A DNA stretch of 58,763 nucleotides from IMG/VR virus record IMGVR_UViG_3300031673_000048, positions 1-58,763 of that record; one strand, 5' to 3'. Below are positions 19,052-29,623 of this stretch, piece after piece. Position 1 is the stretch's first letter. Each line of letters opens with the position of its first letter. The notes beneath the pieces are model-generated. The model did no database searches, had not been told where the DNA came from, and was given only the letters and a program-made list of their open reading frames with translations. This DNA comes from a virus (taxonomy: Duplodnaviria; Caudoviricetes). Position numbers and translations under genes: made by a program.

Positions 19052-19521
19052 CGTGCAAATTCTCCTCGGTACTTTTTGGCTGCTTCTTGGTAAGCTTTTA
19101 CTGCTTCATTAATATCATCGAAAGTTCCTAAACGTATAGATTTACCATTTATTCTAATTTGGGCAAAATAATTGGACCGCCTTTTATCAAAGAAAACACC
19201 CTTAAATCCGCTGGTATTATTGTTTTGCTTATTTCTATTAAATCCATTCTGGGAGGATGTAGCTGATCTTAAATTTTCTCTTTGATTATTTAATCCATTT
19301 CCATCAATATGATCTATTTGTTCTGATAAATCAAGCCCCATTTTTTCAGCTATTTGTCGATGCATATAAATATTTACCCCTTGTTTTATATTTCTAACTG
19401 CATAATACATAAATCCATTCCAACGGGCTTGCCACCTATATTGAAGAAGATCAAAATAATCTTCATCAGATACATAAGCAGTTTGATTCTTAGTAAGAGC
19501 AATCTTTCTCATGGTAGCCAT
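19048..19521 (-). CDS. HNH-AP2 homing endonuclease
   Basis: MHR, IDHIDGNGLNNQRENLR, SGFKGV, LGTF. Confidence 0.9.
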   Translation of the reverse strand: MATMRKIALTKNQTAYVSDEDYFDLLQYRWQARWNGFMYYAVRNIKQGVNIYMHRQIAEKMGLDLSEQIDHIDGNGLNNQRENLRSATSSQNGFNRNKQNNNTSGFKGVFFDKRRSNYFAQIRINGKSIRLGTFDDINEAVKAYQEAAKKYRGEFAR

Positions 19522-19985
19522 TCTTCCCCATTAAATAGATTTGTGCAGCCACCAATTTTACCGTCGTATAATTGGTAATCTACCCCACCAGATTTCAGTA
19601 TTTGCAAACCAAGATTAATATCATCTTTCCATCTATCTGGAGTCCTGTCATAGCATTGCTTATGAGAAATAACTTTCTTTATTCCAGAGAAATAAATGGC
19701 TCTTGCACAATCAGGGCATGCCGCCCAAGTAGATATTAAAATTTTGTCTTTTAGTATGAACCCTATCTTTGCGGATAAAAGGATTGCATTTTCTTCAGCA
19801 TGTTCTACTAATCTATATTTTAATGGTCGTTCTTGCGTGATCATTCCAGGGACAAATACGTTAGTACCGAGTGAGCAGATATAACCATCATTATTGACAA
19901 CTAAAGCTCCTACTTGTGTTGTTTCATCCTGACTATTATCTGTAGCATGATTATATGCTAGTCGCAATAAGTCTTTAATCTGCAC
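19509..19985 (-). CDS. dCMP deaminase
   Basis: TQVGA, HAEENA, CPDCARAI. Confidence 0.9.
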   Translation of the reverse strand: MQIKDLLRLAYNHATDNSQDETTQVGALVVNNDGYICSLGTNVFVPGMITQERPLKYRLVEHAEENAILLSAKIGFILKDKILISTWAACPDCARAIYFSGIKKVISHKQCYDRTPDRWKDDINLGLQILKSGGVDYQLYDGKIGGCTNLFNGEEWLP

Positions 19986-21600
19986 AACTGCCCCCTTTCA
20001 GACTACAAATATTAACAGACTCTTCAACACCTTCATTAGCTAATGCCTCTTCATAAGATACCGGAGTCAACGGTTGCCCGGGCCTTCCGCCGTCTGGGTA
20101 AACAGTTATACCTCTTAATTGAGGTAGATAACGCATAAGCATACTACCGAATGGGTGTACCGTGTTACTATTATTAAGTTCGCTGCCCCATGCGAGTAAG
20201 TTGATTGTACTACTAATGCAATGATCGACATACTGCTGCACCCAAGCTTGAAAAGATACACGTCTTTCTACATTACTAGCTAAGCAGTAGGCGTCCTCAA
20301 TTTTACCCGGTTCTATACCACTATCTATTAATCTTCTAGCACATGGGTCTACAACATACTGATAAAATTGCTGGTTTCCTTTAAGATATTGTCTTTTGTA
20401 ACTAATACAAAACAAGGGCTCGATGCCTCCGGTAGTCTCAGCTACTATGCTTGTAGTGCCTCCAGGTGGGATAGCTCTCGTCTTCTTTGGCCGTGTTAAC
20501 TCCCATTCATCGGACCATTTATTAGCGTATCGGCCTGATTTTGAGTAAGCTGTTAGCCATGATCCTAGCTCGTCATCAGGCCCGTATATCTTACCGCGCT
20601 TGAGCAACCACTCGCTGATTCCCATTAATCCGAGACCGAGACGGCGATTCTTCGTCCTGATCTTGTCCACATCGCTATAAGGCACATCTGAATAAACTGT
20701 TCCCGCCAAAAGGAAAGCTATAGCTAAATCAATAATGATTTTGAAATCATCAATAGTCTTGACTTGTGCTAAGTTGATACTACCGAGGCAACAAACATCA
20801 TCGCTAGTTTTACTTGATATTTCGCAGCAAGGATTCCTTAAATCCTCACCCTTATTTTTACCAGTGTCAACTGTGAAACCTGGTTCCCCAGTCCTTAACA
20901 TTTGACCGATAGCCGACCAGTAAACACTATAAGCCAAAGCATGATTACTATGCTCGTCATCGGCATAAGCTTCGAAGAACTCGTCATCAAGCTGCACACT
21001 TATATTAGTATAATCGAGTGTTGCTGGAAAGCTATAGTCCTCTGATTTTAATCTCTTTACATCATTAGACCAATCTTTTATTTTTATGAACTTATGAATA
21101 TCAGGGTGGCTCCATCGTAGTCCAGCCCATACCGCACCTCGGCGATTACCGCCAGCCATTATACCTCTGGAACACTCATTGACCATTTGCATTAATGCAA
21201 TCGGTCCAGTAGCTACCCCATTAGTTCGTCTTATTATCGAACCTTCGTGCCGAATATCACTATAATTTATACCTACCCCACCACCAGACATTAATGCTAG
21301 CGATGACTTATGCAATAATTCTGCCCAACCTTCACGACTATCGTGTACTTTTAATAGAAAGCAATTATTTATTTGCTTAAATTGATTTCCAGCAGCATAA
21401 AGATACCGGCCACCAGGAATGAACTTTTTCTCAGTTATCAATTTACAAATATCTTGTGACAACTTCTGACGCATATCTATACCGACAGCTTTTAATACGT
21501 TTTTAGTTACTCTATTGGCTATCTCTGGCCAAGTCTCTTTACGCCCGTCAACATCATGGGCGTACATTCTATTCATTATTGTTTCAGAGAAGACTGACAT
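19975..21600 (-). CDS. nrdJ: Class II (adenosylcobalamin-dependent) ribonucleotide reductase
   Basis: GGRYL, NNCF, RRGA, GEPG, NPCCEI, CLGSINL, C-terminal Cys pair; no small-subunit gene nearby. Confidence 0.9.
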   Translation of the reverse strand: MSVFSETIMNRMYAHDVDGRKETWPEIANRVTKNVLKAVGIDMRQKLSQDICKLITEKKFIPGGRYLYAAGNQFKQINNCFLLKVHDSREGWAELLHKSSLALMSGGGVGINYSDIRHEGSIIRRTNGVATGPIALMQMVNECSRGIMAGGNRRGAVWAGLRWSHPDIHKFIKIKDWSNDVKRLKSEDYSFPATLDYTNISVQLDDEFFEAYADDEHSNHALAYSVYWSAIGQMLRTGEPGFTVDTGKNKGEDLRNPCCEISSKTSDDVCCLGSINLAQVKTIDDFKIIIDLAIAFLLAGTVYSDVPYSDVDKIRTKNRRLGLGLMGISEWLLKRGKIYGPDDELGSWLTAYSKSGRYANKWSDEWELTRPKKTRAIPPGGTTSIVAETTGGIEPLFCISYKRQYLKGNQQFYQYVVDPCARRLIDSGIEPGKIEDAYCLASNVERRVSFQAWVQQYVDHCISSTINLLAWGSELNNSNTVHPFGSMLMRYLPQLRGITVYPDGGRPGQPLTPVSYEEALANEGVEESVNICSLKGGSCAD

Positions 21601-21841
21601 TATCTTTAGCTTTGTAGAACAAAATTATTAGTATGCAAGCAGCGTTTACAGCGTAATTAGAAAGTATCCACCAAATAAAACCATAATCCATTATTATCGC
21701 AATAGTGCAGAGTATTTCTCCTAATAGCCACAGCAATAAGAATGATAGAGACACACCTTTGGCAGTATTATCTCTGATACATTGGTAAACTTGTGGTATA
21801 CCGCATATCATAAAACAAATTGACCCTAGCCAACCTATCAT
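21584..21841 (-). CDS. PQ-loop / SemiSWEET-like 3-TM transporter
   Basis: GWLGS...IPQVY...AKGVSL...NY; three hydrophobic helices. Confidence 0.85.
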   Translation of the reverse strand: MIGWLGSICFMICGIPQVYQCIRDNTAKGVSLSFLLLWLLGEILCTIAIIMDYGFIWWILSNYAVNAACILIILFYKAKDNVSLL

Positions 21842-21974
21842 TAAATATGCTTCCAACTTATTCTATTAATTATGCCGTAAATAGTGCCGTAGCATACCCC
21901 ATACTCTTTAGCTAACAACGATAAATATCAGTTTCTGATAAGTCAGGTATCGGTAAAAGTCTACTAATATTCAT
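21841..21974 (-). pseudogene. Internally deleted HNH endonuclease remnant
   Basis: RLLPIPDLSETDIYR joined out of frame to LAKEYGV...ISWKHI; both ends match the 4023-4501 HNH. Confidence 0.75.
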
Positions 21975-22351
21975 TTGTTTTTAGCTGGATTCATATCAGG
22001 CGTCTTTAGGTACACCCACCAGTTCGGATTTGTGAACAGCTTCTGGTACTCCTCTTCCGTAGCTGCTGTTAAAATCCAAATACCAACCCCCTCAGAAGCA
22101 AGTCTCGGGAACGTCTCTAGTTGAGCCGCTGTGAACCTGTAAGCTAAAGGGTTCTTGATTTCGCACCATCTACTACCGTAAGTCCTTTTACAAATATAGA
22201 GATCGGGCATACCAGTCTGAAAGGTACTGCCGTGAATCACCTTTACGAACCACCCACGTATTCGCAGGAACTCGATCACCTTTTGCTGAATAATCCACTC
22301 CGGTCCATGCTTCTTTTTTATTATACCGCGTGGCATACTTTTATTCCCCAC
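21971..22351 (-). CDS. VRR-NUC / Holliday junction resolvase-like nuclease
   Basis: E..IQ..V, GMPDL, WCEIK, AAQ. Confidence 0.85.
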   Translation of the reverse strand: MGNKSMPRGIIKKKHGPEWIIQQKVIEFLRIRGWFVKVIHGSTFQTGMPDLYICKRTYGSRWCEIKNPLAYRFTAAQLETFPRLASEGVGIWILTAATEEEYQKLFTNPNWWVYLKTPDMNPAKNK

Positions 22352-22716
22352 TCTTTACAAAGTATTTCTAACGCTGATTCAGCTATGGAACCATAATTAG
22401 CCGCTTTAATTTCTTCTTTACTTCTTGAATTGTGATGTGGTTTCTGACAATGGCCTAATTCGTGAGCAATAAGATTTAATGCATCAACGAATCTAGCCCG
22501 CCTTGAAATCCATAAATGTAAAATACTTCTATTTTCGCACCAACCCCAACAACCGAACTTTAATATCATACCATAACATTTTTTGCTACTTATACTGATA
22601 AGTTTTCCTTTTTCATTACAAAACTTCCACTTGCCTGGCAGTGGTATCTCCGATGGTCGGCAACCATTAAATGCTGCCAGGCATTGCCTAGCTGTCCGAT
22701 ATTTTATTATTTTCAC
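22321..22716 (-). CDS. HExxH metallopeptidase-like protein (ImmA/IrrE-like)
   Basis: IAHELGH...EEIKA. Confidence 0.6.
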   Translation of the reverse strand: MKIIKYRTARQCLAAFNGCRPSEIPLPGKWKFCNEKGKLISISSKKCYGMILKFGCWGWCENRSILHLWISRRARFVDALNLIAHELGHCQKPHHNSRSKEEIKAANYGSIAESALEILCKEWGIKVCHAV

Positions 22717-22903
22717 ACTTCCGACCTAATGCGACGCCCATCTTTGAGAATCCCACGTACTTCGCTTTTCGGGCTGTAAGGATCGCCATAAACCAGATCA
22801 TGCCGTTCAATCTCTGGTCCTTCGAGCCATAGCTCTTTTTGTCTAGCTAAAGCATTAAATTCTTCGATTGAAATAGTATCGTAGCCTTTGGTGTTTTCAG
22901 CCA

Positions 22904-23557
22904 TTACCATACCTCATAGTCATGATTTTCATTTTTATTCAAGTCTTTAATTAATTCTTTGAACTCAGGGATATCAGCATAATCGAAATATAAGCCAGAT
23001 CGTTTGTAAACCTCTAAGGCCCTTCTGGTCTGCCACTTCCAGAAAATTCTTGAATCAGGTGTCGTAGCTACATAATATGAGTATGCTATCATTTGTAGCA
23101 TTTGCTCAACAGTTTCTGTGCGACCCTCTATCATTAATTGTTCTCTGGCTAACGACCCATTCGTATAGGCAGTAAACTCGTTAAAAATATAGCTAGGTTG
23201 GTTCTTCCACCATCTCTGGCTGCGTATAAGATACAGATTGTACACACTACCGCGAAGTGCGTTTGGAATCTTTTCAGCAGTTTTATCTAATGAGCCCGGT
23301 ATTTCATCGAAAACAAAAGCCTTGTTATTTAGTACATAGAAAGTCGGTTTACCGTAAATTTCACTAAGACGACTATTAACACCGTGAGTGCTTTCGTGAA
23401 CAGCATTTATTTTGTCTTTATTATTATTATAAATATTACCTTCAGGTAAGTAACTTTGGACATCACTAACAATATCATTACCAGGTAGGCTTCTAATAGG
23501 CTTAGGACTTACCCAGCCGCTTATAGCGATCAATGATATTAGAATCAATTTAATCAT
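22904..23557 (-). CDS. Secreted HExxH (gluzincin-like) protein
   Basis: Signal peptide; VHESTH and NEFTAY. Confidence 0.6.
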   Translation of the reverse strand: MIKLILISLIAISGWVSPKPIRSLPGNDIVSDVQSYLPEGNIYNNNKDKINAVHESTHGVNSRLSEIYGKPTFYVLNNKAFVFDEIPGSLDKTAEKIPNALRGSVYNLYLIRSQRWWKNQPSYIFNEFTAYTNGSLAREQLMIEGRTETVEQMLQMIAYSYYVATTPDSRIFWKWQTRRALEVYKRSGLYFDYADIPEFKELIKDLNKNENHDYEVW

Positions 23558-23793
23558 AGCTTTTCACTCAACGCTAATTTAGCTAAAGCCAGTATACTAA
23601 TAGCTTCTGTTATATGGTTAATAGATTTTTCTCTTATAGCAGTTTGTTTTGCTTTAGCAATCTCTTCCATAGCCCTCGCAATATAGTATTCATAATTACC
23701 GACATCAGCAACTATTCCTAAGATTTCGTCATCTCATGGTGAGAAAATTGATTCCCTAAGTATAGCAGCAATATTTCTTTTATTGATTTTCAT
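23554..23793 (-). pseudogene. Hypothetical gene interrupted by an in-frame TGA
   Basis: MKINKR...FSP*DDEIL...SEKL; stop at 23734-23736; the frame ends in ATGA coupling to the next gene. Confidence 0.55.
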
Positions 23794-23934
23794 TACATTC
23801 TTTCAAGAATTTATTTAGTTTGTCATACAAATTACTTTTATCATCATCTAAATAAAATAAATCACTTAATGCACTTTTTAATATTTGTGCTTCATATTCA
23901 CTTAAAATAAGTAATGGGTCGCCGTTTATATCTT

Positions 23935-24357
23935 TCATGGTCTGCAACTCTCGAATGAAGCGTTATCAATGAAAGGATTATCTTTGACTCGATTTTTACC
24001 GAAAAGTCTAGGACGACTCTTCTTCCACAGTTTAAGCAAATCTTTGCTAGCTGATATTAACATCAATTGTTCTCGTGTATCAGTTAATCCGAATTTTTCA
24101 TATCTTTCCCAAACTTCTTCTGGCAATAATCCCCACACGTATACCATAGCTGCATATTCTGGTGAAATTTTTACATGATGTAGCCAATCAAACGCCGTGT
24201 TACAAGTAGAAATCTTGTGACGACCAGATCGCATATGTATTTGATATTTAGGCACCCCAGCAGCTAATAGTATTGGTTTCATTTCATTTAATAATAATTC
24301 AACACTAGTTCTTGCATCGGTTACTTTGCTTGTTACTGTCTTCCGATTTTCGTTCAT
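23935..24357 (-). CDS. Hypothetical protein
   Basis: GGAGG RBS before MNENR. Confidence 0.6.
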   Translation of the reverse strand: MNENRKTVTSKVTDARTSVELLLNEMKPILLAAGVPKYQIHMRSGRHKISTCNTAFDWLHHVKISPEYAAMVYVWGLLPEEVWERYEKFGLTDTREQLMLISASKDLLKLWKKSRPRLFGKNRVKDNPFIDNASFESCRP

Positions 24358-24691
24358 TTTCTTCCTCCCTTTCAATTTCAGTTAATAGTTGTTGCCTAGT
24401 CTTCCTACTATAATTCTTAATCCTATAATAACTGGCCTGTCTCCTTAGCTCTAGCATAGACTTGTATTCTAGCTTACCATAGATTTTAGTATCAATTAGC
24501 TCGCGTAACTTACTCGGCTTAATATTCTTTAATAAAAATAGTATTTTCTTACGTTCTTCAATAGTTGATATATTCCACGCCTTAACGAAATCGTCAGATT
24601 GGACAAGTCGCTCTTGGCATCTTGCATCCAATGATTTAAGATGATGGGTTATCTGGAGGTCTATTGATTTTAATATTTTTAACCGGCCCAT
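24305..24691 (-). CDS. Protein with a Rho N-terminal-like (HEH) domain
   Basis: ELRRQASYYRIKNYSRKTRQQLL. Confidence 0.5.
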   Translation of the reverse strand: MGRLKILKSIDLQITHHLKSLDARCQERLVQSDDFVKAWNISTIEERKKILFLLKNIKPSKLRELIDTKIYGKLEYKSMLELRRQASYYRIKNYSRKTRQQLLTEIEREEENERKSEDSNKQSNRCKN

Positions 24692-26901
24692 GATTGTTTA
24701 TCCGTTTCCCAACCGATTTCCAGTAATGGTACTATACTTTTATATTCTTCAACAAAATCTTTTACCCTCAAAGAAAGTTCATCGACAATTAATGGATGGA
24801 TTGGACAAAGAACTTCATCATGTATATTCATAGGCTGAGCCATCCAAGGAGCTACTCCGACTGGTTGGAACCCCCAAACCATTTTTTGTAGTTCTTTGGT
24901 TATTACGGCACCTTTACTCTGTATTTGGTGATTAGCCGCAGCCCTAAGATTTTTCGCTTGAACAGCAAATGCTGATGCATAAAGGGCAGACTGTGCGGCA
25001 CCACTTGCAGTTTGATGCCGATCTCTTCTTACCACTCTGGCTTTAATGTAAGACCAGTTTTTCGGCGGTGTTTGAGCAAGCTCAAAAAGTGCTTTACATA
25101 TTTTATTCTCAAGAGTGAAGTATCTCTTGAAGCCTAATCCGTTATCAGCGTAATCGGCTGGTTCTTTCCAAACAACAGCGGAGCCTATACCCGATGGTTG
25201 AGTCATCGAACAGAAATCATTATGAATTTTATCAAGATAAATAGCGATACCGGGATACTTTTTAAGGAAATTGTTGAAAGCCTTTTCGGCTACCTCTGGT
25301 TTGAGATTAAACTTTTCCGCCATACCTTCCCAACCGCCGCCGTACATCAACCGGAAGAATGATACTTTTCCTTCATTGTATTTATCGTCATCGGTCTTCT
25401 TTGTGGCAACAATATCTTCATAAGTCATACCCGGATATAATTCACACGCAAACATCCCATGCGGCGACTTACCACTAAGAATATCCCTTCTAAGATTAGC
25501 ATCATTATAAACAGCCTCAGCGATGGATACCTCGAAAGATTCAAAGTCACCACCACATAGATTATACCCATCCCTTTTAAGAGTAAAATTCTCTCTTACT
25601 CTAGTTGTCGCTCGTATACCTTGTGGGTTCAGTTTATCAGTCCCAGACATCCTCGATGATAATGCACCGATAACCTTAAACGAAGCATGAAATTTACCAG
25701 CTTTAATTAATTTGTCGTAAAGTTCAATCTCTTTAGTTGCATGTCTAGCATTAATAATATCCTTAGCACGATCCGCAGCTACTTTATTATTATCCCAATC
25801 TACTATTGATAGTAATACCTCTTCTTTTGTGCCATTACGTAGTACCATCTGCTCAGCAGTCGTCATTACCTCCGATAACCATCGCTTCACCGCGTTTGGT
25901 GCTGTTGGTATAGCTTCAATCTTCTTTTTCTCTTCATCCCTCAGTGATTTGAGATTCTTGATATTAATCTCAAACCCCCGCCAACGTACCAAACCAACCA
26001 TTACCGCTAATTCAGAATCAGTATCACCAGATTCTGGGCTTCCCAGATGCTTATAAAGTAATCTGGTATAATCAACATCGTTAGCCGCATACTTTCTAGC
26101 TAATTGATTATACCACCAATGTGCGATATGATGATGTATTACCTCTGGCCATGCACCTTTCCATCGTCCAGGACGACCAACTGCCCTAGCGAATGGAGCA
26201 TAACCAAATTCTTTTGGTCGTGCTTTCTTTGGTACTTCAATATCTGCGAATTTGAGAATAATATCATCTTCTACCCCTAAAGCATATTTAACTAAAACTT
26301 TTAGCTTCATTGACGGATTAAACGATAGCTCAATATTTTTGAACGACGGATTTATATCGCCATTAGGTTGCTTAATATCTTTGATAACCCAACGATCACT
26401 ATTTGGTTTCGCTCTCTGAGAAAAGTAAACGTCGTCTAATTTTATTCTTGATTCTAACTCCTGTTGGACTAATTTAGCTAATTGCGTTGGAACTCGCCTA
26501 ATGATTATAGGCTTCCGACGCATAAGATTCTGATATTTACCCTTTCTAGCGTGAAGCAATAAATCACAAGCACTCTTCGGCCGCAAACATAACGGATAAT
26601 CTCTAGCTTTTTCTTCAGTGATAGCGACCAGATCAATATTATTCTCAGGAATAAAATCTGGTCCTTCGGTATCTAAAAGAATAGAAAAAGTAGACCACGC
26701 TTTATAAATATGAAACCAATCGAAAGCGGCATTGAAAAAGCATAGATCATTCTCTGCTAATTTCTCAATTAAAGCAAGAGTGTCACCAATAGGCTCTTTC
26801 CAGATATTATACAACTTAATAGGACCATCATCTTTTGCGTATTGAAGCAATACTGCAAATCCATGGAATCCGCAAGTCTCCGTGTCAAGGAAAACAGTCA
26901 T
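24679..26901 (-). CDS. polA: Family A DNA polymerase with 3'-5' exonuclease
   Basis: FLDTET, FNAAFD, YAAND; motifs A DFESFE, B K...F...YG, C IHDE. Confidence 0.93.
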   Translation of the reverse strand: MTVFLDTETCGFHGFAVLLQYAKDDGPIKLYNIWKEPIGDTLALIEKLAENDLCFFNAAFDWFHIYKAWSTFSILLDTEGPDFIPENNIDLVAITEEKARDYPLCLRPKSACDLLLHARKGKYQNLMRRKPIIIRRVPTQLAKLVQQELESRIKLDDVYFSQRAKPNSDRWVIKDIKQPNGDINPSFKNIELSFNPSMKLKVLVKYALGVEDDIILKFADIEVPKKARPKEFGYAPFARAVGRPGRWKGAWPEVIHHHIAHWWYNQLARKYAANDVDYTRLLYKHLGSPESGDTDSELAVMVGLVRWRGFEINIKNLKSLRDEEKKKIEAIPTAPNAVKRWLSEVMTTAEQMVLRNGTKEEVLLSIVDWDNNKVAADRAKDIINARHATKEIELYDKLIKAGKFHASFKVIGALSSRMSGTDKLNPQGIRATTRVRENFTLKRDGYNLCGGDFESFEVSIAEAVYNDANLRRDILSGKSPHGMFACELYPGMTYEDIVATKKTDDDKYNEGKVSFFRLMYGGGWEGMAEKFNLKPEVAEKAFNNFLKKYPGIAIYLDKIHNDFCSMTQPSGIGSAVVWKEPADYADNGLGFKRYFTLENKICKALFELAQTPPKNWSYIKARVVRRDRHQTASGAAQSALYASAFAVQAKNLRAAANHQIQSKGAVITKELQKMVWGFQPVGVAPWMAQPMNIHDEVLCPIHPLIVDELSLRVKDFVEEYKSIVPLLEIGWETDKQSWAG

Positions 26902-27052
26902 TGTCCCTGTACCATTATAAATCTTAAAGAATCATCTAAATTAAAATAGAATTCAATATCATAATCATCTTTAATGACTATTGCATTACTACTATCATAC
27001 TCTGATGATTTTAAATTCAAGCATAATTGTTGCAAGCATTCTTTGTCAGTCA

Positions 27053-28069
27053 TTAATGGGAATCCGTTTTACGTTGTTCAAGATAATCTACTGACACTGC
27101 TTTTAATATCAGCCTACCGCCGAGTACATTACTAAATGTCTCCCTAAAAGGAGTAATAACTATACCTTCACGACCCTTAAACTTAGAATTAAGTTTTCCA
27201 ACGGTCGTTGAACCATCGACTAATTGTTCAATTAGTGCATTGCTAAATGGCCCCGAATACAGTAACGGGACGAATGGTATACCAAATTTATCTGCATAAT
27301 AAACTATACTATCCCAATTTAAATAAGTACCATTGACTGATATATCAAAAAGTGCGTACCCACTGTTGCCAGTAACACCATAATCCATGAATTGTACTTT
27401 AGAGCCATAAATTTCACCGAAAGCAATAACATTACCGCCGATATATTGCAACATTTCTTTCATATTATCAGTCAATGGCTGCCAATATAATCCGTCTTTC
27501 TTAATTCGGTTATGAGAGCCACAAATGAATTCACCGTCGATAGAACCAACACGAGAGTTAGTTCCATGAATTTTCTCAGTGATCCTTACTGGTAATCCTA
27601 TTGAAAATGCACCTCTGTACTTAGAATTATGGTAGTTTTGAATATCAGTATATTTATGGAAACAAACATTATCTGGGGGGCTATTACCAGAGGCCGACGA
27701 TTCAACAGGTTCATATTTAACACCATGAAAGCGATCTGTCAAATCTAATCCAACTGGTACATTTACTTTGATAATAAAACCGAAAGACGCTATGCCTCTA
27801 ATGCGTATAGCCCCGACACGACATTTTGTTTTATAGGTATCACCTGGATATACAGCGTCTTTCAGATAATTAACTACACCTAACTGGGCGGCAATATTAA
27901 CTGGAATCAGAATATCTGGAGGAAAATGGGCAACAATATCACCAGAACAATATTTACCTTTTGTCTCACAAACTTGATAAGTGCCTATTTTAATTATATC
28001 TAGTTTATCAGCGTTTGGGTGTGGTCGCACATCATCAACCATTACTGACATGATATTAACATCACTCAT
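27053..28069 (-). CDS. RNA ligase, DRB0094 (Rnl5) family
   Basis: HPNADKL OB domain, TEKIHGTN, GEIYG, FDI, REGIV, LKAVS. Confidence 0.92.
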   Translation of the reverse strand: MSDVNIMSVMVDDVRPHPNADKLDIIKIGTYQVCETKGKYCSGDIVAHFPPDILIPVNIAAQLGVVNYLKDAVYPGDTYKTKCRVGAIRIRGIASFGFIIKVNVPVGLDLTDRFHGVKYEPVESSASGNSPPDNVCFHKYTDIQNYHNSKYRGAFSIGLPVRITEKIHGTNSRVGSIDGEFICGSHNRIKKDGLYWQPLTDNMKEMLQYIGGNVIAFGEIYGSKVQFMDYGVTGNSGYALFDISVNGTYLNWDSIVYYADKFGIPFVPLLYSGPFSNALIEQLVDGSTTVGKLNSKFKGREGIVITPFRETFSNVLGGRLILKAVSVDYLEQRKTDSH

Positions 28070-28503
28070 TCTGGGCCGCCTGGAGGAAGTGGTGTAATTT
28101 TAAGATCAGTGATTTCAATATTTAACCGGCGTATCTCATTTTTAAGAATATCTATTTCATCACGTAGTACCGTAATAACAGTCCTCATAAAATATATTTC
28201 TTTTTCTAAATTCCTTATTACTTCATCTTTATCGACAACTGTATCCCGTAACTTATTATTAATTACTACTAATTCATCTAATTTCAGTAATACTTCATTA
28301 TTTTTAACTATTAATTCGTCTTTATCTTTTGATAGTGATACCACTAATTTAGATTGTTCTTCAATTAATAGTAAAGTATTATCATAAGTTAATTGAATAT
28401 TACTATTTTTTATTGATACCACATTCTCATACACAGAGGTTGATGAGGCAACAACAATAAATATAAAACAAGATATTACTATAAAAGATGTAAATTTAGC
28501 CAT
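28066..28503 (-). CDS. Membrane-anchored coiled-coil protein
   Basis: N-terminal TM segment followed by heptad repeats. Confidence 0.6.
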   Translation of the reverse strand: MAKFTSFIVISCFIFIVVASSTSVYENVVSIKNSNIQLTYDNTLLLIEEQSKLVVSLSKDKDELIVKNNEVLLKLDELVVINNKLRDTVVDKDEVIRNLEKEIYFMRTVITVLRDEIDILKNEIRRLNIEITDLKITPLPPGGPE

Positions 28504-29341
28504 TTCTTGCCTCTCGGGTTAAAAAAGATAGGTCATACGGTTTGCCTAATTCGTCCATTTCAACTTTAATATCAAAGTATAATTCAGCACTAGTAATTTC
28601 ACCGTTAGCCCAAGCCAAACATCTAGTACATAAACCGAAACCAACATGTTTTCCAATATGGTTAATCATTTCTTGCACAACGACTTTTGGTTGACGTTTT
28701 TTAACAAACGGTTTATTTTCTGGTTTATTTCCAACATCTAGTCCTCGGACACCTTGTAACTTAGCATTCTTAATCCGTTTAACTGCATCATATTGATCTT
28801 CTGTAGAAGTTAAACTATAAATCTGTTTTATTTGAGCTTGATTCAATATACCGGCTGCCGCTTCATTTTGAATTTCAATAGGAAGATCAAGAAGATTAAA
28901 TCGTACCTGGACCCAACCGCGTGACATTCCTAATTCATTAGCAATATTTTCTTGAGTTAAACCAAGATCACGCAATTTCTTGACCGCTCTAGCCTCCTGA
29001 ATAATATTTAATGCTTCACGTTTAAGGTTTTCAGATAAATTAAGAAGTCTAGCCTGTAACTCACTTAGGTTTTCCCTTACCATACAAGGAATAGTTTTTC
29101 GTTCTAATACAGTAAAAGCAGCGAAACGTCGATGACCAGCTATGATTCTATAATCATATTGGCCCGGTATATCCAAATTAGTTCTAGGCTGTACAGAGAT
29201 TGGAAATTGTAAACCATTATCATCAATATCCCTAGCAAGACCAGCAACGTCTATTTTAACAATTTTACCACGGCAATTAAAATCATCATCAGAAAATATT
29301 TTCTCTAATGGAATCTGTAATACTTGATAATCAGCGGTCAT
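28496..29341 (-). CDS. ParB/RepB/Spo0J family protein
   Basis: GLQFPI, IIAGHRRF, ENLKRE.L, HTH LTQENIANELGMSRGWV. Confidence 0.92.
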   Translation of the reverse strand: MTADYQVLQIPLEKIFSDDDFNCRGKIVKIDVAGLARDIDDNGLQFPISVQPRTNLDIPGQYDYRIIAGHRRFAAFTVLERKTIPCMVRENLSELQARLLNLSENLKREALNIIQEARAVKKLRDLGLTQENIANELGMSRGWVQVRFNLLDLPIEIQNEAAAGILNQAQIKQIYSLTSTEDQYDAVKRIKNAKLQGVRGLDVGNKPENKPFVKKRQPKVVVQEMINHIGKHVGFGLCTRCLAWANGEITSAELYFDIKVEMDELGKPYDLSFLTREARNG

Positions 29342-29480
29342 CTTGTAATCCTATAATAATAGTATCAGATTTATTTGAATAAAATTTAATACAAGTATCT
29401 ATATAGTTATCTGTTTCTAACATAACTTCATAACCGCTAGGATATTCTTTTAATTTTTCGATTAATTCTTTTACTGTCAT
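29331..29480 (-). CDS. MTxKEL family small protein 1
   Basis: MTVKELIEKLKEYP; GGAGG RBS. Confidence 0.7.
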   Translation of the reverse strand: MTVKELIEKLKEYPSGYEVMLETDNYIDTCIKFYSNKSDTIIIGLQDDR

Positions 29481-29623
29481 TTTGTGCCTCCAATAATTAT
29501 CCCACCACCACTCGCTATAGGATAAATATTTATACACTCATCAATTGTATTATCTAATTCTAAAAGAATATCCCAATCATTAGGATAATCTTTAAGTTTC
29601 TCAATCAATTCTTTAATCGTCAT
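29477..29623 (-). CDS. MTxKEL family small protein 2
   Basis: MTIKELIEKLKDYP. Confidence 0.7.
   Translation of the reverse strand: MTIKELIEKLKDYPNDWDILLELDNTIDECINIYPIASGGGIIIGGTK

Noticed and set aside
16938-21600. Host chromosomal DNA (prophage boundary)
   Set aside because: deoC, ndk and thyX overlap or abut phage genes in the same orientation, with similar composition and an embedded HNH gene
28066-28503. Spanin
   Set aside because: TM plus coiled coil fits, but it lies in the replication arm with no recognisable o-spanin lipobox or endolysin nearby
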